DNA from: a virus
IMG/VR virus record: IMGVR_UViG_3300050343_000117
Span: 64,001-128,000 of that record
Length of the DNA stretch: 64,000 nt
Reading direction: 5' to 3' (one strand)
A model generated the notes under the pieces. The model was not told where the DNA came from and did not search any database. It worked only from the letters and a program-made list of their open reading frames with translations. The position numbers and the translations under genes are program-made. Below are positions 1 to 10,155 of this stretch, in pieces (positions within the stretch are counted from its first letter, which is position 1; each line of letters begins with the position of its first letter).

Positions 1-923
1 GCATATAAGTGTGTATTTGTAGCAACCATTCCGGTATTTTGATAAGAAGTACCGCCTAGTCTTACCCCATTACCAGTTGAGAATAAAGATGCATCTGCAG
101 CAACATAAGTAGGTGCTGAAGTTAAGTCATTAATATCATAGACATAGAATCCACCCACGGCCGAAATAATAACAGAGTTGTCATTTTTTCTTATTTGCTC
201 GCCGAAAAATTCATCTTCTGTAGGAGTAGGCGCTTGAAGAACTGTAGGTGCTTTGTTGTAATCAGTAGTATCATACACAAAAACGACACCAGCATTTGAT
301 ACGGTAGTGTCACCACCGAATGCGCCTACAAGAAGTTTGCCTGGTATAGTCAGTAGACTTCCACCATAAATGCTATAACTGCCCTCTGGGCTTTGTAAAG
401 TGATATGCCCAGATGTCGGACTTAATGGATTTATCAAAAGTAATGATTCTACGCCAGACCCTGTTCTTGGACGTACGGCCAAGTAACTTTCATATATCGA
501 AGGGTCGCGAGGAAATTGCGATGTATCTCCAACAGCTGTTTGCAAAGTTGTTAATTCTGCTTGAACAGACGTGTCAAGTGTATCCAGATCAGCAGGAGTC
601 GCAACACCACTTGTTAAAGTAGCATTAATTGTAGCAATGTCGGATGAGTTAGACGCAACACTTGCCACTAGGTTTGTATCTGCATCTTGGAATGCAGTTA
701 CGATTTCTTGTAATGTATCCAGAGTTTCTGGAGACGTACCTAGAATCGCGGTAACTTGCGACTGTAGGTCTGCGATGTCAGAAGCAGTTAAATCTGCTAC
801 CGCATCAGCAATTGCGCCTGCGACAACCTTGCCGTCTGCGCCAATAACAGTAACGTCGTTGATTGATAGTTCTCCAACTATGTCAGCTCCGTTCTGAATT
901 CTAAACTTTTTATTAGTACTCAT
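1..923 (-). CDS. Virion fibre/structural protein, 3' end runs off the window
   Basis: Not in the ORF track; read by hand from ATG at 923: MSTNKKFRIQNGADIVGELSIND...PETLDTLQEIVTAFQDAD...VGAFGGDTTVSNAGVVFVYD. It shares the LDxLxEIVxAF motif with the upstream fibre and has an FG-GAP-like propeller-blade motif. Confidence 0.75.
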   Translation of the reverse strand, partial: MSTNKKFRIQNGADIVGELSINDVTVIGADGKVVAGAIADAVADLTASDIADLQSQVTAILGTSPETLDTLQEIVTAFQDADTNLVASVASNSSDIATINATLTSGVATPADLDTLDTSVQAELTTLQTAVGDTSQFPRDPSIYESYLAVRPRTGSGVESLLLINPLSPTSGHITLQSPEGSYSIYGGSLLTIPGKLLVGAFGGDTTVSNAGVVFVYDTTDYNKAPTVLQAPTPTEDEFFGEQIRKNDNSVIISAVGGFYVYDINDLTSAPTYVAADASLFSTGNGVRLGGTSYQNTGMVATNTHLY

Positions 924-958
924 TAGTTTATACCTTTTTAGAATGTATTAGATTTAGT

Positions 959-981
959 GGGGGGAGACTGATGCTCCCCCC
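959..981 (-). terminator. GC-rich hairpin between two fibre genes (weak terminator or mRNA-stabilising stem)
   Basis: GGGGGGAG-ACTGATG-CTCCCCCC, just after the stop of 989..6907; no clear U-tract. Confidence 0.45.
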
Positions 982-988
982 GATGTTA

Positions 989-3900
989 TTATGCGTCGAC
1001 GTATGTCGCAGATACAGATACTACCGCACCAGCGTCTACAGCCGTGTAAGTCAACTCAACACTTGAACCGTTAACCTGTACGTCTGTGTCGCCCAATAGT
1101 GAGGAACCAGTGTATAGGATACCATATTCAGTAATGAAGGCGTCTGTGCCATTGTGTATAACTAGACATTCGCGAGTCTCGAACTCACCGTTCAATTCTG
1201 TAGTAACTACGTACTTAGCAGAACGATAAGTTGTCTTATTGAATGCAGAAACTACTGTAGCAGAAGTTCCGGCAACAACATCATTACCCTGTTCGAATAC
1301 CTTGATGTTATCCGCAAGAGTCTCAAGACCGACAGACTTAGGATCAAGTACACCAACTGAGTTAGTAGACTGAGCGATAACAACCGCTTGTGTACCAACT
1401 GGAAGTGCAGCGTTGAACGTGATAGTCTGGTTAGCAGCATCAATCGAGTAGTGAACCGATGGATCCTGAATAACACCACCAACGAATACGATCGCGTTCT
1501 GATCTTGCGTGTAGAAGTTCAGAGCGAAAGTAGACTGCGCACCGTCACCAGACATAGTCTGACGTTGTGCGTTGTTGAATGCCAACTGAGTTGGATCTTG
1601 TAGAGACATTCCGTCTAGAGTGTTATTTACACGTAGTACATAACCGTTCTTACCGTCGTAATCAGAATCAGCAACGTCTGCAAGTTCCAGCATGGTCTTA
1701 GCAGTGTCGATTGAGAATACGCCAGTAGATTGGTCGTAAGATGCCTTACCTTCACCAGCAACATCTGTTAGAGATACTGAAGCGCGAGAAAGTGCATCGC
1801 TGAAGAACTTCTTAGTACCTTCTACTAGATCGTCTGTAGAGAACTGTGAGATGTGTTGTGCCGCAAGGCCTGCGTCCATCTGACCTTTGTTCACTGCATC
1901 AGCAGCGTCAGTACCAGTTGCAACACCGGAAACTTTGTTTCCACCCATTGCTAGGTCGCCAGTCATTGAATCGCCAGACTTCTGGACACGTCCATCAATC
2001 TGAGTTTGTAGTGCGGCATCAGCAGCAGCGAACTCACCACGGACCGCATTATCACCAGCGACTCGATCAGTAATTTCCTGAGCAAGACCTGAAGCGTTAG
2101 TTGCGATATCCGTCTGGTTCTGAGCAACTAGACCAGCAAGAGAACCGTCTGCGCTTTGGAAAGCTGCAACGATTTCTGTCAATGAATCTAGAGCGGCAGA
2201 GTCAGTGTTCGAAGTGATGAAATCGATTTGCGTCTGTAGTGAACCTTCAACACCTTGCGCACGGCTTGACTCGTCAGAGATAGCAGTTGCGTTAGTAGTG
2301 ATTAGTACACCTAGTGCAGTTTCAGCGTCTGTAGCACGAGTTACTTCAGTTGCTAGGTCAGATGTTAGTACACCTTCCGCAGCAGTAGCACGAGCAATTT
2401 CTGCGTCGATTTGTGATTGTAGGTTGTTGATACCAGAATTTCTTGTGTTATCAACGGCTTTGATTGCAGCGTCTAACTTCTTGTCTGCGTCTGCTAGAGA
2501 AGTAGATGCATCAATGTAGTTAGTAGTTGTTGGAGCGACGTAAGTACCGTCAGTTGCAAGACCTGCACCCAACTGTGTAGCAGACATCTCTGTCTCAAGT
2601 ACAGTAGTACGTGAGTCTAGAGCGTTATCAGCATTTGCACGAGCAGTTGCTTCTGTTGTGATCTTACCATCTAGAACGTCATCTGCGTTTTCACGTAGAG
2701 TTGCTTCGTTAGCAACGATTCCGTCTGCGTAAGTCTTAGCAGCAACTTCTGCGTCATCCGCTTCGTTTTCTGCGTAAGTCTGTGCAGATGCAAGAACAAC
2801 TGCGTCACGTGCGATGTAGTCTGTTTGATCAGTTACGCGATCAGCAGCTAGATCGATACGGATCTGACTATCAGCAGCGATGCGGTCAGCAATTTCAGAA
2901 ACAAGTGCGTCTGAATCTGCATCTGCACGAGCAACAGCAGCCGCAAGACCAGATGTATTAGTATCTGTCTCACCGTGTACTTCGTTGATTGCACCAACTA
3001 GAGTCTGTGAAACAGTATCTAGAGTTTCAGTTGAAGAACCAACCTTAGCTTCTAGTGCGTCAATGTCTGCTTCGTTAACTGTTAGACGACCACCTTGTAG
3101 AGTCTGTTCAGTCTCTAGTGCAGAAGCACGAGTTTCTAGAGAAGTTGCACGACCTTCGACAGCGTCCATTTCAACTTCTAGAGTACCAACACGACCTGTG
3201 TTAGAATCTGCTTGACCGTGTAATTCGTTTACGGCTGCAGTTACGTCTGTAGCAACTGTTAGAAGAGTTGAAGTACCCATCTGAGTCTGTAGTGTATCTA
3301 CGTGACCTTCTTCTGTAGTCATTCGTGACTCTAGGGAAGTTGCACGTCCTTCTACTGCGTCCATTTCAGACTGTAGAGTATCGACATTAGCTTCTTCTGT
3401 AGTAACACGAGCCTCTAGAGAAGTCAGATCAGCAGCTTCACCATCGATCTCTGCGTGTAATTCGTTAATCGCAGCAGATAGATCGGTTGCAACAGTTTGT
3501 AGTGCCGCAGAACCTTGCTTAGTTTCTAGTGCAGTTGCACGTCCTTCTAGAGTAGTTGCGCGACCTTCTAGTGAAGTTGCACGACCTTGGATTGCAGTGA
3601 AGTCTGAATCATGTCCGTCTAAACGACCTTCAGCGACATCCATTTCTGATTGTAATAGATCAACATTTCCTGCTTCGACATCCAACTCACCGTGGATTTC
3701 GTTAACAGCACCAACGACAGTTTGAGCAGTAGTATGGAAACCGCCTGTACCCTGCTTCGCTTGTAGTGAATCAATGTCTGCTTCGTTGACTGATAGTCGA
3801 CCGTTCTGAACAACCTGTCCTGCTTCTAGTGACGTTGCACGTCCTTCAACAGCAGTTGCACGTGCTTCTAGATCAGTTGCACGAACTTCTACAGCATCAA

Positions 3901-6900
3901 TATCATTTTCAGCAGTAGTTAGTCGACCAGAGTTAGCAGAGATAAGACCGTCTAGGTCTGAATCTGCACCTTGGAATGCACTAACGATTTCTGTCAATGA
4001 GTCTAGAGCAGCACCGTCTTCGTTAGATACGATGAAGTCAACACGAGTTTCTAGAGTTGTTAGGTCAGTAGTCAGTACGCCTTCAGCAGCTGTTGCACGT
4101 ACTACTTCCGCATCCAACTGTGATTGTAGATCAGCAACATCTGTTCCTTGTAGATTTTGCAGTGCAAGGATATCAGAATCGTTTGCAGTAACCTGTACCT
4201 GAACACTATCTACGTCTGTACGTAGACCTGCTTCAATACCTTCCGCACGGTTCTTTTCAGTAACAACAGCAGCGGCATTAACACCTTCTGCGGCAGTTGC
4301 ACGGTTGACTTCAGCAGTGATTTGTGCTTGGTTGTCTGAGTGATCAGCAGCTTGCAATACTTGTAAAGCAAGAATGTCTGAATCATTTGCAGTGATTTGT
4401 GATTGGTTAGAGTCGACATCTGTACGTAGACCAGCTTCGATACCAGTTGCACGTGTAGTCTCTGCAACAACAGCATTTGCGTTTACTACTTCAGCAGCAG
4501 AGGCGCGAACAACTTCTGCGTCCAACTGAGTTTGTAGGTCAGCAACATCTGTACCTTGCAAGTTCTGTAGAGCAAGAATGTCTGAGTCGTTACCAGTTAC
4601 TTGAGTTTGTAGAGAATCCACAGAAGTCTGTAGACCTGCTTCAACACCACCGGCTCTTGCAGTTTCAGCAAGAATCTGTGCTTGTAGGTCTGAGTCTACT
4701 GCGTTGAAGTCATCTTCAACAAGATCTAAACGAGTACTTAGAGCGCCTTCTGCAGCTAGTGCACGAGTACGTTCTACGTTGATATCACCTAGGTTAGAAG
4801 AGATGTTAGCGATGTTAGTGTTTACGTCTGCACGTAGACCCTGTTCTACCGCTTCTGCACGTTGCTTTTCAGTAACGACTGCGGCCGCGTTAACGACTTC
4901 TGCAGCTGATGCACGAGTAACTTCTGCCGTGATTTGATCCTGTAGATCATCAACGTCGATTGTAGTGTTTGCATTCAATGCATCGATCTGACCTTGTAGG
5001 TTAGTATCGCCTGATGCACGAGCAACTTCTTCTGCACGTAGGTCGGTTTCATTCTGTGAAGAAAGAACCTGAACTGCGTCCATCTCGCCTTCTAGTACAG
5101 TAGTACGTAGAGCGACTGCTTCTTCAGCTGCTTCAGCACGTGCTTTTTCAGTTGCAACTTCTGCATCTGTGTAAGCATATGATTGCGACTTAGCAGTTGC
5201 AATTCGAGAAGTAACGGTGTTTCCAGCAGTACCATCTACAGATGCGTCACCGATAAGTGCGGCGTCTTGTGCATCAGCGTGTGCAATTGCAACAGCCTGG
5301 TGCGAGTCAGCTTCTGAGTCAGTGTATGCTTTTGCTTCAGCAAGAACGTCGTCTTTTTCAACTTGAATGTCAACGTTGATTTGATCAATCTGAGACTGTA
5401 GACCAGTGTCAGCAGTTGAACGAGTTGATGCTTCAGTATTGATGTTAGTTTGTAGAACACCTTCCGCTGTTTCTGCACGTAACTTCTCAGTTGCGATTGC
5501 AGTAGTGTTAGACGAAATAAGTGCAGACATGTCTGAATCAGATGACTGGAATGCGCTAACGATTTCTGTTAGTGAGTCTAGAGCAGCTGGATCAGTGTTG
5601 TTTGTAATGAAGTCAACTTGTGATTGTAGGTTTGCGTCACCAGCAATACGAGCAGCTTCTTCTGTATCGATGTTACCCTGTAGAGTAGTATCACCCGCAG
5701 CACGGTCAATAAGTTCTTGATCGATACGTGCGTTGATGTCTGAGTCTTCATCTTTACGTTCTTGGTTTTCGATTGCTACAGAATTGCTTGCTTCAATGAT
5801 TGCTTCTGCTTTTGCAGTTGCGATGCGGTCAGTAACAGTATTAGATACAGTACCGTCAACACTTGCATCACCAATCATTAGTGCGTCTTGTGCTTCAGCG
5901 TGTGCCTTAGCAGCTGCTTCAGCAGTAACAATGTCAGCACCTAGATCAGCGCGAACCTGTGTATCTGCAACAGCACGTGCAAGAATTTCATCTGTGATGT
6001 TCTGCGCGTTTGCAGCTTCTGCACCAGTAGCACGAGTAACTTCAGAAGAAATTGCAGCTGTGTTAGCATTTTCTGCGTTAGTTGCGCGAGTGACTTCAGC
6101 AGTAATCTGTGACTGTAGAGAAGTCGATAGACCTTCTTCAGTAGAGATACGTGCAGAAAGTGCAGCCTCAGCACCAGTAGCGCGAGTTGTCTCTTGACCA
6201 ATCTGAACAGCAAGTGCTGATTCAGCAGATTGTGCACGAGTGATCTCGACACTAACACGGTCATTGATTTCTGTTTCTTTATTAGTTGCACGAGTAACTT
6301 CAGCAGTAATTGCGGAAGAGTTTGCAATAATTGAAGCAGATAATGCGTCATCTGCATCTTCAAACGCTGCGATGATTTCTGCAAATGAATCTATCGCGTC
6401 TGAGTCAGTATTGTTTAGTAGTAGATCAATACGACCAGACAATGCAGTATCAGCTGACTGATATGCAATTTCAATTGCGTTTTCACGAGCAGTTGCACGT
6501 GTTACTTCTGCGTCAATGTTAGATTGTAGTACAACATCCGCTGACGAACGAGTAGATGCTTCAGCGTCAATGTTAGTCTGTAGTAGTGTTTCTGCGACTG
6601 TTGCTCGATTAGTCTCTACTGCTACCGCACTTGCGATATCAGATGCAACAGCAGTCTTTGCTCTTTCAGGTGTGAAATATTGGTTAGCCCCTTCTTGCAA
6701 GTCGTCCGTAGTGAACGATGCGAAGAATGCGTCTGCACCAATCTTCTTTAATGAGTCTGAATTGACATCATAGAGAAGGGTGAAACAATCCGCTGGATTG
6801 ACCATACCTGTAAGGGTTGATTGTCCCTGTACTGCACTTTCATCTAGCTTGGTATTAAGTACCGCTTTATCAGCTAGTGCAGGGGATTTAATCTGCCTAA

Positions 6901-6907
6901 ATGCCAT
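989..6907 (-). CDS. Very long coiled-coil fibre/whisker-like virion protein (1972 aa)
   Basis: Ala/Glu/Asp/Thr-rich coiled-coil repeats (AEVTRATAAE). Four (L/I)DSxxEIxxAF knobs and a YadA-neck-like VSGVATGTDAADAVNKGQM. C-terminal YRSAKYVV...HNGTDAFITEYG domain typical of marine T4-like structural proteins. Confidence 0.8.
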   Translation of the reverse strand: MAFRQIKSPALADKAVLNTKLDESAVQGQSTLTGMVNPADCFTLLYDVNSDSLKKIGADAFFASFTTDDLQEGANQYFTPERAKTAVASDIASAVAVETNRATVAETLLQTNIDAEASTRSSADVVLQSNIDAEVTRATARENAIEIAYQSADTALSGRIDLLLNNTDSDAIDSFAEIIAAFEDADDALSASIIANSSAITAEVTRATNKETEINDRVSVEITRAQSAESALAVQIGQETTRATGAEAALSARISTEEGLSTSLQSQITAEVTRATNAENANTAAISSEVTRATGAEAANAQNITDEILARAVADTQVRADLGADIVTAEAAAKAHAEAQDALMIGDASVDGTVSNTVTDRIATAKAEAIIEASNSVAIENQERKDEDSDINARIDQELIDRAAGDTTLQGNIDTEEAARIAGDANLQSQVDFITNNTDPAALDSLTEIVSAFQSSDSDMSALISSNTTAIATEKLRAETAEGVLQTNINTEASTRSTADTGLQSQIDQINVDIQVEKDDVLAEAKAYTDSEADSHQAVAIAHADAQDAALIGDASVDGTAGNTVTSRIATAKSQSYAYTDAEVATEKARAEAAEEAVALRTTVLEGEMDAVQVLSSQNETDLRAEEVARASGDTNLQGQIDALNANTTIDVDDLQDQITAEVTRASAAEVVNAAAVVTEKQRAEAVEQGLRADVNTNIANISSNLGDINVERTRALAAEGALSTRLDLVEDDFNAVDSDLQAQILAETARAGGVEAGLQTSVDSLQTQVTGNDSDILALQNLQGTDVADLQTQLDAEVVRASAAEVVNANAVVAETTRATGIEAGLRTDVDSNQSQITANDSDILALQVLQAADHSDNQAQITAEVNRATAAEGVNAAAVVTEKNRAEGIEAGLRTDVDSVQVQVTANDSDILALQNLQGTDVADLQSQLDAEVVRATAAEGVLTTDLTTLETRVDFIVSNEDGAALDSLTEIVSAFQGADSDLDGLISANSGRLTTAENDIDAVEVRATDLEARATAVEGRATSLEAGQVVQNGRLSVNEADIDSLQAKQGTGGFHTTAQTVVGAVNEIHGELDVEAGNVDLLQSEMDVAEGRLDGHDSDFTAIQGRATSLEGRATTLEGRATALETKQGSAALQTVATDLSAAINELHAEIDGEAADLTSLEARVTTEEANVDTLQSEMDAVEGRATSLESRMTTEEGHVDTLQTQMGTSTLLTVATDVTAAVNELHGQADSNTGRVGTLEVEMDAVEGRATSLETRASALETEQTLQGGRLTVNEADIDALEAKVGSSTETLDTVSQTLVGAINEVHGETDTNTSGLAAAVARADADSDALVSEIADRIAADSQIRIDLAADRVTDQTDYIARDAVVLASAQTYAENEADDAEVAAKTYADGIVANEATLRENADDVLDGKITTEATARANADNALDSRTTVLETEMSATQLGAGLATDGTYVAPTTTNYIDASTSLADADKKLDAAIKAVDNTRNSGINNLQSQIDAEIARATAAEGVLTSDLATEVTRATDAETALGVLITTNATAISDESSRAQGVEGSLQTQIDFITSNTDSAALDSLTEIVAAFQSADGSLAGLVAQNQTDIATNASGLAQEITDRVAGDNAVRGEFAAADAALQTQIDGRVQKSGDSMTGDLAMGGNKVSGVATGTDAADAVNKGQMDAGLAAQHISQFSTDDLVEGTKKFFSDALSRASVSLTDVAGEGKASYDQSTGVFSIDTAKTMLELADVADSDYDGKNGYVLRVNNTLDGMSLQDPTQLAFNNAQRQTMSGDGAQSTFALNFYTQDQNAIVFVGGVIQDPSVHYSIDAANQTITFNAALPVGTQAVVIAQSTNSVGVLDPKSVGLETLADNIKVFEQGNDVVAGTSATVVSAFNKTTYRSAKYVVTTELNGEFETRECLVIHNGTDAFITEYGILYTGSSLLGDTDVQVNGSSVELTYTAVDAGAVVSVSATYVDA
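4080..4600 (-). repeat. Tandem 204-nt (68-aa) internal repeat, about 2.5 copies
   Basis: NDSDILALQ..LQxQLDAEVVRA..AE recurs; DNA anchors at 4167, 4371 and 4575 are 204 nt apart. Confidence 0.85.
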
Positions 6908-6968
6908 TAGGTTATCTCCTAGGTTGAGTTTATTGGTTTTGGGATATAATTAAACGTTTAATAATATA

Positions 6969-7328
6969 CTAACGAAATTTGATGTATATGTCCGTCCCTT
7001 GCGGGGGGATCTCAAAAAATTGTATAGTATCGTCGATGGTTTCATAGATTTCTTCAGGATGCTGAAGAACGTCGTTCACCCACACATCAATCAAATCATC
7101 ACGAGTTGGCGTACCGTTCAATTGAAATAGCGCAGTGTCGCCCTGAGCAGTGATCGATTGTGCTTCAGGAATCACTGTGCGGTCATTGGTTGATGAAGAG
7201 GTACCTTCGATATAATCGAATAGTGCAGTTTCTTGGCCAGGAGATGCTGAGACTTGATCTTGCTTTTGTTTCGCAAGATTAAATAAACTCTCTGCAAGTA
7301 CCCTGTTAAAGGACTTATTATTGATCAT
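6969..7328 (-). CDS. Small virion structural protein
   Basis: GDTALFQL...VWVNDVLQHP..Y beta domain, similar to those in the neighbouring fibre proteins; late promoter upstream. Confidence 0.65.
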   Translation of the reverse strand: MINNKSFNRVLAESLFNLAKQKQDQVSASPGQETALFDYIEGTSSSTNDRTVIPEAQSITAQGDTALFQLNGTPTRDDLIDVWVNDVLQHPEEIYETIDDTIQFFEIPPQGTDIYIKFR

Positions 7329-7365
7329 ATTGATGAGATACTATAGAATGGTTAATATACCCATT

Positions 7366-7373
7366 TATTTATA
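7366..7373 (-). promoter_or_regulatory. T4-type late promoter TATAAATA
   Basis: Exact consensus upstream of 6969..7328. Confidence 0.75.
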
Positions 7374-7404
7374 CGTGAAATGTTCTTCACTTTAGGGTTT
7401 TTTA

Positions 7405-8283
7405 CTATTGTCTGAATTGTAGTAATTCTTGTAACAGTTCATTAATTTCCTGTAGGTCACTATCTAACCCATTTATTCTAGCATGTAATGCATCTATTTC
7501 AACTTGAGTGGCGACATTGCTACCATTTAATGTATAAGGACCAGAGAGTTGAACTCCCGCGTCATCCATAACAAGTCGATCATCATTTTGATACTGCATT
7601 TTAAACTGACTATCATTGAAACCTAAATGTTTAATGATTGTGTCAGTACCATTATGATAAAAACGAGTTTCTTCGTTGGTGCCCACAATAAAGGCAAAGT
7701 GGTCATCTATGATGAGGTCGTTTCCAAAAGAAACGCCTGTGGAGTTGTATGCGGCAACTTGAACTACCTGTTCATCGTCTACCACATGGGTTAGGGAGAT
7801 AGTACTCCCGTCATCTGCAACGTAGTCTATTCCTTGATGGAGTAAGACACCGTTGAGATATACTTGAATTCTTGATGGACTGTTCGGATCTGGATCGTAT
7901 TGTAATACGTTGCCAGCGTCGTCTGCACCCGTTATGACTTCGAGTGTTCCATCTGAGGTGAATATATATGCGTTGAATGTAGTTGTCGCAGAGAGACTCT
8001 CATCTCCTACAGCGCCAATCTCTACAATTGTTTGAATACCGCCGTCATACTCTCGTTTGATATAGAGTTTGCCGTCCTGAGTATTTATACCAATTTCGCC
8101 TAGTTTTAGTTCTTCGATACTGGGAATATCACCAAGACCGTCAAATGTCTTGATGTTTGCACCAATGTTCTGAACAACATTACTAATAGGACGACCGACA
8201 GTAACTCGTTTGACCTTGGTTCCTGAACCAAACCCATTAATTGATGTTACTCCGGTTACACCACTGACTCTTCGTATAGGCAT
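7405..8283 (-). CDS. Virion structural/fibre-associated protein
   Basis: LGEIGINTQDGKLY motif (hyaluronidase/Mtd N-terminal-like), VYLNGVLL...DY domain and C-terminal coiled coil. Confidence 0.65.
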   Translation of the reverse strand: MPIRRVSGVTGVTSINGFGSGTKVKRVTVGRPISNVVQNIGANIKTFDGLGDIPSIEELKLGEIGINTQDGKLYIKREYDGGIQTIVEIGAVGDESLSATTTFNAYIFTSDGTLEVITGADDAGNVLQYDPDPNSPSRIQVYLNGVLLHQGIDYVADDGSTISLTHVVDDEQVVQVAAYNSTGVSFGNDLIIDDHFAFIVGTNEETRFYHNGTDTIIKHLGFNDSQFKMQYQNDDRLVMDDAGVQLSGPYTLNGSNVATQVEIDALHARINGLDSDLQEINELLQELLQFRQ

Positions 8284-8287
8284 GGTA

Positions 8288-8647
8288 TTACCTTGTTACC
8301 GAAGGATTGACTTTGATCTTACCTTCTAGTATTCTTTCTATAATAGTATGTCCGTCCACATCGACGAAGCTTATTTCCACATCATAAACATATCTACCGC
8401 GAGTGGATAGAACGTCAGTCTGTAGATTGGTTAGGGATATTGTAACGATACCTTCTAGGGAAGGTGTAGGAATGACAGCAGTGAAGTCGATCGACTCAGC
8501 ACTTCTGTAAGTTTTTTTCATTTTGGCTGCTACTGAATAACCAGTAAGGTCTTTCTGTGAACCATCGGGATTCACCAACTCTATTTGTAGAGCTAGGTCT
8601 GCGCCTTGGTCAATTGTAAAATCTTCGTAAGTAGCCATAATCCTCAA
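8288..8647 (-). CDS. BppU-like Ig-fold virion protein
   Basis: IDQGAD...DLTGYS...GRYVYDVEI...RILEGKIKVNPSVTR, a pattern common in marine T4-like phages. Confidence 0.65.
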   Translation of the reverse strand: MRIMATYEDFTIDQGADLALQIELVNPDGSQKDLTGYSVAAKMKKTYRSAESIDFTAVIPTPSLEGIVTISLTNLQTDVLSTRGRYVYDVEISFVDVDGHTIIERILEGKIKVNPSVTR

Positions 8648-8678
8648 AACCCTGAACTGTTTATAAAACGTCTTCCTC

Positions 8679-8686
8679 TATTTATA
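8679..8686 (-). promoter_or_regulatory. T4-type late promoter TATAAATA
   Basis: Exact consensus upstream of 8288..8647. Confidence 0.75.
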
Positions 8687-8713
8687 ACAGTTCAAGGTTA
8701 GAAGAAAATCTTT

Positions 8714-9421
8714 TTAGTCTTCAGATTCAATATCTGAAAGGACCATTGCACGGAAACCTTCAGATGCTTCTGAATGATCAAAAACATATGATACCGTGAC
8801 GCGCCAATCGTCTGTAGACGCAGCGTGATACATTACTTTATCTGTCTCACCATAGTGACCAAAGTATGCTGCCTTACAAGTCCATTTACCTGGCTTGTCT
8901 TGACTACGAATAACTTCTTTAGTCTCTGGGTGAATGTACTCAAAGTAACCTGAACCATCTTCTGAATAAGAGAAGATTAGGTTATAGCCTGGCGCATTTG
9001 CATTGTTGTGCCATGAGATGAATCCTCCTGGCGGGTATACTGCTGCAAGTGCATTATGTTTGACAGACAAAAAGTTCATCATTTTGTCGTTTAGGTCACG
9101 CAAGTGATGAGTCATATCGCGTTTGAAAATTGGATCAGCATCCTTCTCAAACATCATATGCGCTTTGTCAGAAAGTTTAAAGTTGTAACCAACTAGTTCG
9201 TCTGGGAACCCTTCGTGACCTTGACCTTGAGCAACAATCTCATCCATATGCTTAGGTCCAACAAAGTATGGACGCTGGCGAATGTGTTGTGCAGAGGATA
9301 GGTGACAGTTCTCTTCGAAACCTTTCATGGTATGCAACTTGGCGTATTCGTTTAGAATCTCTAGCAACTCAGGATTGTTTACCTGTACGTGCCTTAGATA
9401 TGAGTCGTTTACCTGTGTCAT
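8714..9421 (-). CDS. 2OG-Fe(II) oxygenase-like (double-stranded beta-helix) protein
   Basis: YPPGGFISWHNN...MYHAA...WRVTVSY gives His-x-(Asn)...His...Arg-x-Thr spacing of 2OG oxygenases. Confidence 0.65.
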   Translation of the reverse strand: MTQVNDSYLRHVQVNNPELLEILNEYAKLHTMKGFEENCHLSSAQHIRQRPYFVGPKHMDEIVAQGQGHEGFPDELVGYNFKLSDKAHMMFEKDADPIFKRDMTHHLRDLNDKMMNFLSVKHNALAAVYPPGGFISWHNNANAPGYNLIFSYSEDGSGYFEYIHPETKEVIRSQDKPGKWTCKAAYFGHYGETDKVMYHAASTDDWRVTVSYVFDHSEASEGFRAMVLSDIESED

Positions 9422-10155
9422 ACGATTGGAGTATCCTTGTTTAACCCTGCCGAGAAGTGACGCAAAATCACTGGACCCGTTTCAGGTTGTGTGATTGCCC
9501 AGTTCAGGGCGTTGTAATAATTCCACCTCAAGTCGTCATCAAAGATACCAACTTTGAGGTCCTTATATTTCTCTTCTTTCTCGACTAACCACCAGAGAGA
9601 AAATTGGTCCCAAGATTTGAGACTATCTACATACCCTTCCGGCCACCAAGAATCATTCATCTGTCTGAATGTTAAGTCCCACCAGTCATCCATAAATTCA
9701 CGAACAATTGGTTTAGACATATCATATAAACAAACACCACCGCATAGTGTGAACTTAGATTTACCTTCTGGCGTATCAAAGTCTCTTTCTGCGTAAATAT
9801 AATCACGATCATCTGTCAATGCTGAGAAGACCAAATCATGGTCTTTCATTTCATCCCAAACCTTGACGATGTCTTCGTGCTCACATTCCATATCAGCATC
9901 AATGTACATTGTCAAGTCATACGGAGATTTTGCCATCCCCCATAACTTAGCGCGATAGTGGTCGTCACAAAACATAATATCATCTGCAACATCTCTACCA
10001 CGATCATCAAGAAATCTTTCTTCTGTTACCAAACAAATCTTACATTCCTCTTCAGGTTCATAATAATCCCGAATAGACTCTGCAAGATTGATTGCGTACA
10101 AATAAAAGTTGCGTTTCTTGGACGCAACAATTATGAATCCTTTAGTCTTTTCCAT
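9418..10155 (-). CDS. GT-A fold glycosyltransferase (GT8-like)
   Basis: SPYDLTMYIDADM (DxD), WDQFSLW, RWNY, ILRHFSA. Confidence 0.75.
   Translation of the reverse strand: MEKTKGFIIVASKKRNFYLYAINLAESIRDYYEPEEECKICLVTEERFLDDRGRDVADDIMFCDDHYRAKLWGMAKSPYDLTMYIDADMECEHEDIVKVWDEMKDHDLVFSALTDDRDYIYAERDFDTPEGKSKFTLCGGVCLYDMSKPIVREFMDDWWDLTFRQMNDSWWPEGYVDSLKSWDQFSLWWLVEKEEKYKDLKVGIFDDDLRWNYYNALNWAITQPETGPVILRHFSAGLNKDTPIV

Noticed and set aside
413-6773. Long plus-strand ORFs antisense to the coiled-coil fibre genes
   Set aside because: Shadow ORFs from biased codon use in Ala/Thr/Glu-rich repeats; no RBS or promoter support.
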